Assembly (NCBI GenBank): GCA_944388795.1
Contig: CALXKD010000005.1
Coordinates: forward strand, 4,863-68,862
DNA: 64,000 bases
DNA from: an uncultured Clostridia bacterium
GTDB taxonomy: Bacteria; Bacillota; Clostridia; TANB77; CAG-508
Direction of reading: 5' to 3'
Shown here: positions 29,958 through 39,179 of the stretch, piece by piece
Position numbering within the stretch: position 1 is the stretch's first letter
How the letters are laid out: the number at the start of each line of letters is the position of its first letter
The notes under the pieces: model-generated
The model's input: the letters and a program-made list of their open reading frames with translations, nothing else
What the model was told of the DNA's origin: nothing
The model's database searches: none
Made by a program: the position numbers and the translations under genes

Positions 29958-32900
29958 ATGAAAAGTAAAATTTTTAAAATTAGTGTAGTTATTTTATTAA
30001 TTATGACACTAACAATGACAAATTTTATATTTTTAGGTTCAAGTCTTATATCTTATGCGGCAGATAATGTAGCAACCAACCATAAAAATATAGAATTTAG
30101 TGCATATTTTAAAGATAGCAATGGAAATAAAACAACAACATTAGAAAGAACAATGGATATGCAAGATATTTCTTTATATCTATCTATTAATGTGAATAAA
30201 GAAGGATTTTTCATGGGAGAGGTAGAATTATCTAATTCTAACTTTGATCTTGTGAGTTCACAAAGTGAATATGTAAGTGAAATTGCAGAAAATAAAATAT
30301 ATTTAAATCAAATTAATGCAGGAACTTCACTAGAGATAGAAGTAAAAGTAAAACCTATTGATGCAGACACAATGGATTTAAGTATGTTGAATTGTGAAAG
30401 TGTATTAACTTTAACAGGTATTTATAGAGATAGTACAGAAAAAGATATAGAAATAAATGCAACAAGAAATGTAAGTATGCGATTAATAGAAATGAATACA
30501 AATGATGGTGTTGAAAATACATTAGAAGTTATAACAAATAAGGTTTTAAAAATATCAGGAGAAAACAAAAGAATCATTCAAATAGCATTAAATCTTGGAT
30601 TAAAGGATAATAGTTACCCAATAAAAGAAATTTATGCTAGAGTAAATGTTCCAGAAATAGATGGAAAACTACCAGAAATAAGAAGAGATATAAATTTAAA
30701 CACAATGTCAGCATCTGAATATAAATATGAAAATGGTTATGTTGAAATTACATTAAAAAATAATGCGACAGAAAATAATGAAATATTATGGAAGAAACAA
30801 GGAACAGAAAATGTTATATTAACATACATATATGATGCAGATATTGATTTAGAAAATACAGAGATTATTTCAGAAGAAACGGTAACATTACATAATAATA
30901 AACAATTAACTTCAAATACAGGAAATATAACATTATCTAATGAAGAAATCGATTCTACAATAGAAGTAAGTGCTAATAATGCAGAGGAAAGTATCTATAA
31001 AGGTAAATTGTATGCTGGAATTGATAGACAATATACTAGTAAAACTGTATTAGATATCAATCTAGCAAATATTGAAGAATACGTATCTATCAGAGAAGAA
31101 GCTAGTAGATATATATTAGCTGATGGAGAAGCAGATAGTAATATATTCTATAATAGAACAACAATTAATAAAGAAAACTTCTATAAGATTTTTGGTGAAG
31201 AAGGAACTATTGAAATTTATAATGAAAACAATGACCTATTGGCTAGAATAAATAATAGTACAGAAACAGATGAAAATGGAAACTTTGTAATCGACTATAC
31301 AGGAAGAGAGCCAAAAGGAATCGAGATAAGAACTTCTAAACCAGTAGCAGAAGGAAGTTTAGAATTTAACCATACAAAAACAATAAAAGCTTCAGATATC
31401 AATGTTATAAAAAGTGCAAATAGTATTGCAACAAAAATTGTATATGGATATAACAACTATAATGAACAAAATATAGCACAAAAAGAAGCGTTATATACAC
31501 AAGGAATAGAAGCTGAGTTAGAAACAAAAATGATGTTAAATGAAACAACAACAGAAGCAAAATTAGAAATAAATAGAAATTCATTATCTACTGTTGTTGC
31601 AAATGATATAGAGATGAAATTCATCTTAAAAACAGATGAAGAATCTAGAGATTTATATAGAAATCCAACATTCACAATAGAATTACCAGAACAAGTGGAA
31701 AATATACAAATCAATCGTATAGATTTATTATATGAAGATGAGTTAAAAATTGCAAATTACTCAGTAGATGGAAGATATATAACAATTCAAATGGAAGGGG
31801 AGCAAACAGCATATAAAGCTCAATCTGTGGAAGGTGCTAACATTGTTATTAATGCAACAATTCATGTAAACAGAACTTCTATAGCAAAACCAGAGGAAAT
31901 TCATGTAACATATACAAATGAAAAAGCAAATGCCTATGCAAATAATGAAGAAATAGGAAGAATTTCTAAAGAGATTGAAGTGGTTGCTCCTAAAGATGTA
32001 ACAGCTATAAATAGTATTGAAGCACTAAATGTAGAAACAGTAGGAGAAAATGAAACAAGTAATGTAAGTCTACAAAGAGGAGCAGAAAGCAGACAAGTAG
32101 AAGTTAAGTTTGAAATTATCAATAACAATGAGGAAAATGTTGAAAATGTTAGTGTTTTAGGAACATTTCCAACTAGAACAGATGAAAATAATATCGATAT
32201 CAGAGTTATAAATGGTATACAAATAAATAATGGTACAGTATATTATACTGAAAATGAAAATGCATCTACAGATTTAGAAAACACAGAAAATGGTTGGACA
32301 CAAAATATATCAAACCCAGAAACAGTAAAGAAATATCTAATTGTTATGGATAAAATTGATTCAAGAACAGCAGTGGATGGATCATATACGATAGAGATAC
32401 CAGAGAATCTAGAATATAACCAAACTGCAAAAGAGGGATATGAGGTTAACTATACAAAAGGACAAGCAAGAAGTGAAAATACAGTAAAAGCAACAACAAT
32501 TGCAATGGAAACTGGTGTAGGTCCTAAATTAGAAAGTAATTTAACAGCAACAGTATCTGGTCAAGAAGTAACAGATACACAAACAGTAAAAAATGGTGAA
32601 GTAATTAAATACAGAATACAAGTATCTAATGTGGGTTCAGAAAATGTAACAAATGTAAAAGTAACTGGAAAAGTACCAGAGGGAACCATGTTAGTACAAC
32701 CAATTGATAATTATGAATATACAGGAGCATCATATTATAAAGCAGTTGATACAGATACTTTTGAAACAACAATTGACAGTTTGGCTGTTGGAGAAGTGAA
32801 GTATGTAGAATATGAAGTTATGGTAGCTTCTAATACAGCAGAGAATACTTCAATTGCAAATATAGCTGAAATTAATTATTCTGACGTTGTTCAAGAAACA

Positions 32901-34889
32901 AATGAAGTAAAGCTTCTATCAGAGTCTGGAAATTTAAGAACAATGGTTAAGAGAGTAACAGATAGAAAAGTAGATTTATATGAAGCTGGAATGGTAGAAT
33001 ATTTTGCTATTATAAAAAATATTTCATCTGAAACTTTGAACGATGTTAAGGTTAAAACAAATAAATCAGAAAACTTAAATGTAACAAGATTGACACTAAT
33101 TTCAGGAATGAGTGAAAATGAAATTAGCGATGACGAAATATATGAAATAGCAGCAGGTGAAAATACAGAGCTTAGAGAGGAAACAAATAGTTCAATAAAT
33201 GAAGATACACAATCAGAAACGATAGAATATAGTGACGAAATCAGTATTGGTTCATTAGCACCAGGAGAAGTAAAAGTATTAAGCTATAACATGACGATTG
33301 ATAAAATGCCAGATAATGAAGTGGATACAATTCATTTCTCAGTAGCAGCATCAGATGGACAAAAAGAATATGCATCAAATGCTTGGGAGGATACAGTTAA
33401 TAGTTTTGATATAGATATGACAATGGAGGCCAATACAGAAAGCAAATATGTAAAATCAGGAGATAGCATTCATTATACAATTAGAGTAAAAAATAATAGT
33501 ACTTCTCAAACTTCAGGTTTAGTAATAAGAGATGAAATACCTTCTCAATTAACGATTAATCGAGTAACAAAAGATGGAGAAGAAATAGAAGTAACTTCTT
33601 CAAACAATGTAGAGATACAAACGGAAATACCAGCCAATGGAGAAAGTACAATTGTTATAGAAACGATTGTTAATTATTCAGAAGGCAGAACAGAGGCAGA
33701 AACTATTACCAATAAGGCGACAGCTAGTATATATGGAGAAGAGGTAGCAACGACTTCAGAGATAAATCATATTATAGAAGCTGATGTAGCAGAAGGAGAT
33801 AACAATAACACAGGTGATAATAACAACGGAAATGGTAACGGAAATAATAGTGGCAATGTTGCAAATGGAGAGCAAATGATCAGCGGTCTAGCTTGGTATG
33901 ATGAAAACAGAGATGGTAGAAAAGATGATAATGAAAAAACTTTAAATAATGTAACTGTACAATTATTAAATGTACAAACAAATCAATTAGTGAAAGATAC
34001 TTCTGGAAGTACATTAGAAGTAAAAACAAATGAAAATGGAATGTATGTACTTGATCATATTCCTAATGGAGAATATATAGTTATATTCAAATATAACACA
34101 GATCAATATTCATTAACAAAATATAAAGCAGAAGGTATTAGTGATGCACAAAACTCTGATGTAAGACTAAATGAATTATTAATTGGAGATACAAGACAAG
34201 AGGTAGCATCAACAGATATGATTAATATAGATAATGAAAATATTTCAGATATTAATATAGGATTAATCGAATTACAAAACTTTGACTTAAAATTAGATAA
34301 ATATATTAGTAGAATATTGATTCAAAATTCAGCAGGAACAACTGTTAGAGAATATAATAATACAACAACAGCAAAAGTAGAATTAGATGCAAAACAAATG
34401 AAAGGTTCAACAGTTATTATAGAATACAACATTGTTGTAACAAATGTTGGGGAAGTTTCTGGATATGCTAGAAGTCTAGTGGATTACATGCCAAGTGATT
34501 TAGAATTTAGTTCTGAATTAAATAAAGATTGGTATGAGCAAGGAAATGCTTTATATACAACAGCACTTGGAAATGAAATCATTAATCCAGGAGAATCAAA
34601 AACAGTCACATTAACATTAACCAAAACAATGGGAGAAGATAATGTGGTATCAAGAAACAATGCAGAAATTTATGAAGATTATAATGATTTAGGAATGGAA
34701 GATGGAAATTCAACGCCAGGAAATAATGTAAGTGGAGAGAACGACATGGGATCAGCAGATGTTATCATAAGTATTAGAACTGGTGGAGTTGTATATATGT
34801 CAATAGGAATTATCATAGCTATTGTTGTAATAGCAGGAGTTGCAGCAGGAATTGTTGTAAAAAGAAAAAATTTGAAGGATAAACAATAG
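29958..34889 (+). CDS. giant surface protein A1 (1643 aa): DUF11-type repeats, SdrD-B-like domain, C-terminal TM anchor
   Basis: Signal peptide ending ...LISYA|AD. DUF11-like repeats (VKNGEVIKYRIQVSNVGSENVTNVKVTGKVPEGT; VKSGDSIHYTIRVKNNSTS). SdrD-B-like ISGLAWYDENRDGRKDDNE...NGEYIV. DSTPGN-type C-domain. TGG, hydrophobic helix, KRKNLKDKQ tail. Confidence 0.85.
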   Translation: MKSKIFKISVVILLIMTLTMTNFIFLGSSLISYAADNVATNHKNIEFSAYFKDSNGNKTTTLERTMDMQDISLYLSINVNKEGFFMGEVELSNSNFDLVSSQSEYVSEIAENKIYLNQINAGTSLEIEVKVKPIDADTMDLSMLNCESVLTLTGIYRDSTEKDIEINATRNVSMRLIEMNTNDGVENTLEVITNKVLKISGENKRIIQIALNLGLKDNSYPIKEIYARVNVPEIDGKLPEIRRDINLNTMSASEYKYENGYVEITLKNNATENNEILWKKQGTENVILTYIYDADIDLENTEIISEETVTLHNNKQLTSNTGNITLSNEEIDSTIEVSANNAEESIYKGKLYAGIDRQYTSKTVLDINLANIEEYVSIREEASRYILADGEADSNIFYNRTTINKENFYKIFGEEGTIEIYNENNDLLARINNSTETDENGNFVIDYTGREPKGIEIRTSKPVAEGSLEFNHTKTIKASDINVIKSANSIATKIVYGYNNYNEQNIAQKEALYTQGIEAELETKMMLNETTTEAKLEINRNSLSTVVANDIEMKFILKTDEESRDLYRNPTFTIELPEQVENIQINRIDLLYEDELKIANYSVDGRYITIQMEGEQTAYKAQSVEGANIVINATIHVNRTSIAKPEEIHVTYTNEKANAYANNEEIGRISKEIEVVAPKDVTAINSIEALNVETVGENETSNVSLQRGAESRQVEVKFEIINNNEENVENVSVLGTFPTRTDENNIDIRVINGIQINNGTVYYTENENASTDLENTENGWTQNISNPETVKKYLIVMDKIDSRTAVDGSYTIEIPENLEYNQTAKEGYEVNYTKGQARSENTVKATTIAMETGVGPKLESNLTATVSGQEVTDTQTVKNGEVIKYRIQVSNVGSENVTNVKVTGKVPEGTMLVQPIDNYEYTGASYYKAVDTDTFETTIDSLAVGEVKYVEYEVMVASNTAENTSIANIAEINYSDVVQETNEVKLLSESGNLRTMVKRVTDRKVDLYEAGMVEYFAIIKNISSETLNDVKVKTNKSENLNVTRLTLISGMSENEISDDEIYEIAAGENTELREETNSSINEDTQSETIEYSDEISIGSLAPGEVKVLSYNMTIDKMPDNEVDTIHFSVAASDGQKEYASNAWEDTVNSFDIDMTMEANTESKYVKSGDSIHYTIRVKNNSTSQTSGLVIRDEIPSQLTINRVTKDGEEIEVTSSNNVEIQTEIPANGESTIVIETIVNYSEGRTEAETITNKATASIYGEEVATTSEINHIIEADVAEGDNNNTGDNNNGNGNGNNSGNVANGEQMISGLAWYDENRDGRKDDNEKTLNNVTVQLLNVQTNQLVKDTSGSTLEVKTNENGMYVLDHIPNGEYIVIFKYNTDQYSLTKYKAEGISDAQNSDVRLNELLIGDTRQEVASTDMINIDNENISDINIGLIELQNFDLKLDKYISRILIQNSAGTTVREYNNTTTAKVELDAKQMKGSTVIIEYNIVVTNVGEVSGYARSLVDYMPSDLEFSSELNKDWYEQGNALYTTALGNEIINPGESKTVTLTLTKTMGEDNVVSRNNAEIYEDYNDLGMEDGNSTPGNNVSGENDMGSADVIISIRTGGVVYMSIGIIIAIVVIAGVAAGIVVKRKNLKDKQ

Positions 34890-34912
34890 AGAAAGGAAAG
34901 GAGGGAAAATAG

Positions 34913-37900
34913 ATGAGTAAAATAAAGAAATTACTAATTGGTATAATTGTTACAATGATAGCAATCATAGGATTTACTAGTATATCTCAAGCTGCTTATA
35001 CTGTGGGACAAAATGTTACAATAACCTATAGTAACTATTTGAATGATCCAAACCTATTTTGTGTTGAGCATCATCAAGCATTGCGTGGAACGCTAACCTA
35101 TAAAGTGATATCACAAGTGGATATAAGAGGAAATACTTCAACAGATCATACTGGTAAAAGTATCGAAAGTTGGTATAACGCAAAATTAGCACATATTTTG
35201 TCAGCTGATAATGGAGCAAATAAACAGTCTGGACCAGTGCAAAATGCTATATGGAATTATATGTATACTTGGATAAAAAATGTAGGACAATATCATGCAG
35301 GATTATATGATGGATTTGCAAATACAGTAAAAGGAAATTCTTCATACTTAGATTCTCAATCATCAGATTATGCAAATGAAGTAGCAAATCTTGGTATAAC
35401 AGACAATACGAATAAAAATAATATCAGTGTAAGAGCAGATGGAGATCATATAAAAGTAGGACCATTTAATTGGTATTTCTCAGGAACTTTGAGTGAAATA
35501 AGAGTAAATGACCAAAATGGAAATGCAGTAAGTGGATTAAGCTTTAGTACATATAATGGAACTACAGAAACTGCTATTGGTATTGGAGATATAAAATCAG
35601 GAAAAGACTTCTATATATCTATACCAATCAGTAGTGGAATTAGCAGAATTACAACTATTACTGCAAAGGGAAGTGTAGCAGTAAAAGGGGTAACTATATG
35701 GTTCTTGGAATCACAAAGTGGATACAATTTCCAAAACTTAATATCTAGACAACCTTATGAAACACCTTATGAATATGAAACACCATTTGATTATAATATA
35801 GATTTACTAGGAAACTTAAAAGTAATAAAAGTAAATAAAGATAATCATGAAGTGAAATTACAAGGTGTTGGATTTAAAATTCAAAACAAAGAAACAGGTA
35901 AATATGTACATGAGGATGCAAATGGAACAATTACATATGTAGATGAAAGTCAAGCAACAGAATTTGTTACAGATCAAAATGGTGAGATTTTAATAGAAAA
36001 CTTAATTGTGGGTACATATGTAGCTTATGAAACCAAAAACCCTAATTATGGATATGAATTTATATCAGAAGGGGTAGAGCATACTGTTGTTGTTGATAAA
36101 ACAGAAGAATTTGTTATAGAGAATAAGCAAATCTATGTAAAACTTTCAGGATATGTATGGTTAGATAAGCAATATGCCAAAGAATCTCAAAGAAATGACC
36201 TATATAGGGACAATGATTATGATTCAGAAGATCAATTAATGGAAGGTGTTATTGTAAGATTAATTGATAGAGAAACAGGTGAAGTTGTAAGAGATGATAA
36301 TGGTAATGAGTTTAGAGCAGAAACAAAAGAGATTCAATTAGATGATGGAATTTTAAGATATTATCAATTTGTAGATGTTAGAATAGAAAATCTAGAAAAC
36401 TATTATATGCAATTTGAATATGATGGATTAACATATACAAATGTAGTTCCACATATAGATGTAGACAATGGTTCTAAGGCAGCAGAAAATGCCGAAACCA
36501 GAAGTGAATTTAATAAAGATTTTAGCACAATAGAAGGAAATTCTGAAACAACAGGTGTTACATTAGATGAAAATGGAAATACGGTACACAACTTATCTTA
36601 TAACAAAGATACAGAAGCACATACAGCAACATTAATCAATGAAGGTTTACCAGTTGGGCAATATCCAATAACGGCTAATACAGATGAAACAGGATATATC
36701 ATAAGAGACCATTTTGAATATGGAATGGAAGAAATACCATATATTAACTTGGGATTATATGAAAGAGAACAACCAGACTTAGCATTGATTAAAGATATGA
36801 AAAATGTAAGACTTGCTATTAATGGATATCAACATATTTATGAATATGATCAAAGATTCCAAAATCAAGGAGAATATGGAGACGGATTTAATGTTGGTGT
36901 TAAATTTGGTAGTGAGTATGCAGAACAAACATATACAAGAGCAATTTATAAAGCAGATTATGAATATGTAAATGAGAATGATGCAAGTAAAGAATTAAAA
37001 GTATATGTAACATATAGAATTGCAGTAAGAAATGAAGCAACCAGCTTAACTTCACAAGTAAATTCATTAGTAGATTATTTTGATAGTAGATATACTGTTG
37101 TGGCAGCAGGAACAGGCATTAATCAAGAAGGTATTATTACTGGTAATATAGACTATACACAAGAGGGCTACAATGATGAATACTCAAAAGCAATCATTTA
37201 CACAAATACAAAGATAGATGCACAAACACAAAGCGAATTCTATGTACAATTTGAACTAAGTAGAGAAGCAGTTATTAATATCTTAAATGATGGAGAAAAC
37301 TTAGACAATGTTGTAGAAATTAATTCATATTCAACATTTGATGAAAATGGAAATGCTTATGCAGGTGTAGATGTGGATTCTAATCCTGGAAATGCAATAC
37401 CAGGTGATAGAGCAACTTATGAGGATGATACAGATTCAAGTCCATCATTGAAGTTAGAAGTAGCAGATGCCAGAGAGATGGCTGGTAAAGTATTCTTAGA
37501 TTCTACATCAGGTGAATTATTAACAGGACAAATCAGACAAGGTAGTGGTGCTTATGAAGATGGAGAAACAGGAATACCAGGTGTCGCTATAACACTTACA
37601 GAAAATACAGGAAGTGGAAAAGTATATACAGCTACAACAGACGATAATGGTGATTTCTATATTTCAGACTTTATACCAGGAGACTATACTTTAACATATA
37701 CTTGGGGAGATACAACTTATACAGTACAAAACTATAAAGGAACTGTATATGATAAAGATAGATATGATGCAAATATGGCTAATAAAGAATGGTATAAAAC
37801 AGATGTGGCTACAAGATGGACAGATGCAGTAGATGATTATCAAACAAGATTAGATATAGATAATGAATTAAAAGAAATTACAAATTCTACACAGACAACA

Positions 37901-38857
37901 ATTGATAAAATGAATTCAACAACTCCAACAATGGGAATTGGTGTAGAATATGATACAACATATACAGCATCAGCAGGGGACAGATATGTATATAGAATTG
38001 AAAACATTGACTTTGGTATTGTAGAAAGAGCAAGACAAGATTTAGCATTAAGTAAAAGAGTAAGTTCAATGAAGGTTACTTTAGCAAATGGTACAACATT
38101 GGTAAACTTCCAAGTAAATGAGGATGGTAGCCTAGAGGGACAAACTTCAAGTGTAACATATATTCCACCATCAGATAGTTCATCACCAGAAAATGGATTA
38201 GTTAGATTGGAAATGGATAATGAGTTAATTCAAGGTTCTAGACTAGAAGTAACTTATGAAATACGAGTAGACAATAATAGTGAATTAGATTACTTATCTG
38301 AAAACTATTATAAATATGGAATCATAGAAGGAGATGTCGTAACAATCACACCATCAGCAATTGTAGATTACTTAGACAGTGATTGGAGCTTTGATGCAAC
38401 AAATAATCCAGATTGGGAAGTAATACAAAGTGATGATAGTAGAATTGATTTAGCAGAGGTTGTATATAATGATGAAAATTCAACAATAAATGAGAAAACT
38501 ATATTATATACAGAAGCATTAGCAGCTTATGATTTAGAGCCTACACAAAATGCAACAATTACGCTAAATGTTTCAAAATTATTATCAGCATCAGAAGATA
38601 TTGAATTAGACAATGAAACAGAAATTGTAAAGGTTAATAAACCAGGAGGATCTGATTTAGTATCAACACCAGGAAATTATATCCCAGGTACAGGACCGGA
38701 AGTAGAAACAGATGATGGTATGGCAGAAACAGTTATTATAACACCAAATACTGGTGATAACTTGAATTATATAATACCAATAGCAGTTATTATAACAGCA
38801 TGTATTGTATTAGGAGTAGGTGTTATCTTTATTAAGAAAAAGGTATTAAATAAATAA
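34913..38857 (+). CDS. giant surface adhesin B1 (1314 aa): thioester (TQXA-type) domain, CnaB/SpaA-type and SdrD-B-like domains, C-terminal TM anchor
   Basis: Signal peptide ...SISQA|AY. FCVEHH (Cys50) and VQNAIW (Gln110) thioester-domain motifs. CnaB fold with E-box-like YVAYETKNPNYGY. Two SdrD-B-like modules. TPNTGD, TM helix, KKKVLNK tail. GGAAAGGAGGG RBS 23 nt after A1. Confidence 0.85.
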   Translation: MSKIKKLLIGIIVTMIAIIGFTSISQAAYTVGQNVTITYSNYLNDPNLFCVEHHQALRGTLTYKVISQVDIRGNTSTDHTGKSIESWYNAKLAHILSADNGANKQSGPVQNAIWNYMYTWIKNVGQYHAGLYDGFANTVKGNSSYLDSQSSDYANEVANLGITDNTNKNNISVRADGDHIKVGPFNWYFSGTLSEIRVNDQNGNAVSGLSFSTYNGTTETAIGIGDIKSGKDFYISIPISSGISRITTITAKGSVAVKGVTIWFLESQSGYNFQNLISRQPYETPYEYETPFDYNIDLLGNLKVIKVNKDNHEVKLQGVGFKIQNKETGKYVHEDANGTITYVDESQATEFVTDQNGEILIENLIVGTYVAYETKNPNYGYEFISEGVEHTVVVDKTEEFVIENKQIYVKLSGYVWLDKQYAKESQRNDLYRDNDYDSEDQLMEGVIVRLIDRETGEVVRDDNGNEFRAETKEIQLDDGILRYYQFVDVRIENLENYYMQFEYDGLTYTNVVPHIDVDNGSKAAENAETRSEFNKDFSTIEGNSETTGVTLDENGNTVHNLSYNKDTEAHTATLINEGLPVGQYPITANTDETGYIIRDHFEYGMEEIPYINLGLYEREQPDLALIKDMKNVRLAINGYQHIYEYDQRFQNQGEYGDGFNVGVKFGSEYAEQTYTRAIYKADYEYVNENDASKELKVYVTYRIAVRNEATSLTSQVNSLVDYFDSRYTVVAAGTGINQEGIITGNIDYTQEGYNDEYSKAIIYTNTKIDAQTQSEFYVQFELSREAVINILNDGENLDNVVEINSYSTFDENGNAYAGVDVDSNPGNAIPGDRATYEDDTDSSPSLKLEVADAREMAGKVFLDSTSGELLTGQIRQGSGAYEDGETGIPGVAITLTENTGSGKVYTATTDDNGDFYISDFIPGDYTLTYTWGDTTYTVQNYKGTVYDKDRYDANMANKEWYKTDVATRWTDAVDDYQTRLDIDNELKEITNSTQTTIDKMNSTTPTMGIGVEYDTTYTASAGDRYVYRIENIDFGIVERARQDLALSKRVSSMKVTLANGTTLVNFQVNEDGSLEGQTSSVTYIPPSDSSSPENGLVRLEMDNELIQGSRLEVTYEIRVDNNSELDYLSENYYKYGIIEGDVVTITPSAIVDYLDSDWSFDATNNPDWEVIQSDDSRIDLAEVVYNDENSTINEKTILYTEALAAYDLEPTQNATITLNVSKLLSASEDIELDNETEIVKVNKPGGSDLVSTPGNYIPGTGPEVETDDGMAETVIITPNTGDNLNYIIPIAVIITACIVLGVGVIFIKKKVLNK

Positions 38858-38871
38858 TGACTATAATTAAG

Positions 38872-38908
38872 ATATGAGATTGATGAAAATCAATCTCATA
38901 TTTTTTTG
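38872..38908 (+). terminator. rho-independent terminator after B1
   Basis: 12-bp perfect stem atatgagattga (38872-38883) / tcaatctcatat (38890-38901), then TTTTTTT. Confidence 0.65.
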
Positions 38909-39179
38909 TGCCAATTATAAGTTTACTTTAACTAAAAGTGAGAAAATATTACGCAAATAATAGAAAGAGAGGATTTTTGTAGAAAAAATAAAATTTGTAA
39001 TAAAATTGTAAACAAAATTTAAAAAAATAAAGACGAATATTGACAAAAAGATGATCCGTAAAGAGATTTATTGTTTTTTTTGTAACAAAAGATAATTGGA
39101 AATAATTCCATATTGATTTTTATTTTCTCAGAAGTTAATATAAAGTAGAATATTATCTAAAGATATGTGAGGGGTATTT

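Noticed and set aside
38909-39179. A possible c-di-GMP or other riboswitch in the long leader upstream of adhesin A2 (ACGCAAA near 38945), and likewise in the leader of A1.
   Set aside because: Only a short chance match is present. None of the G+C-rich paired helices or the other conserved GEMM elements can be found in these AT-rich leaders.
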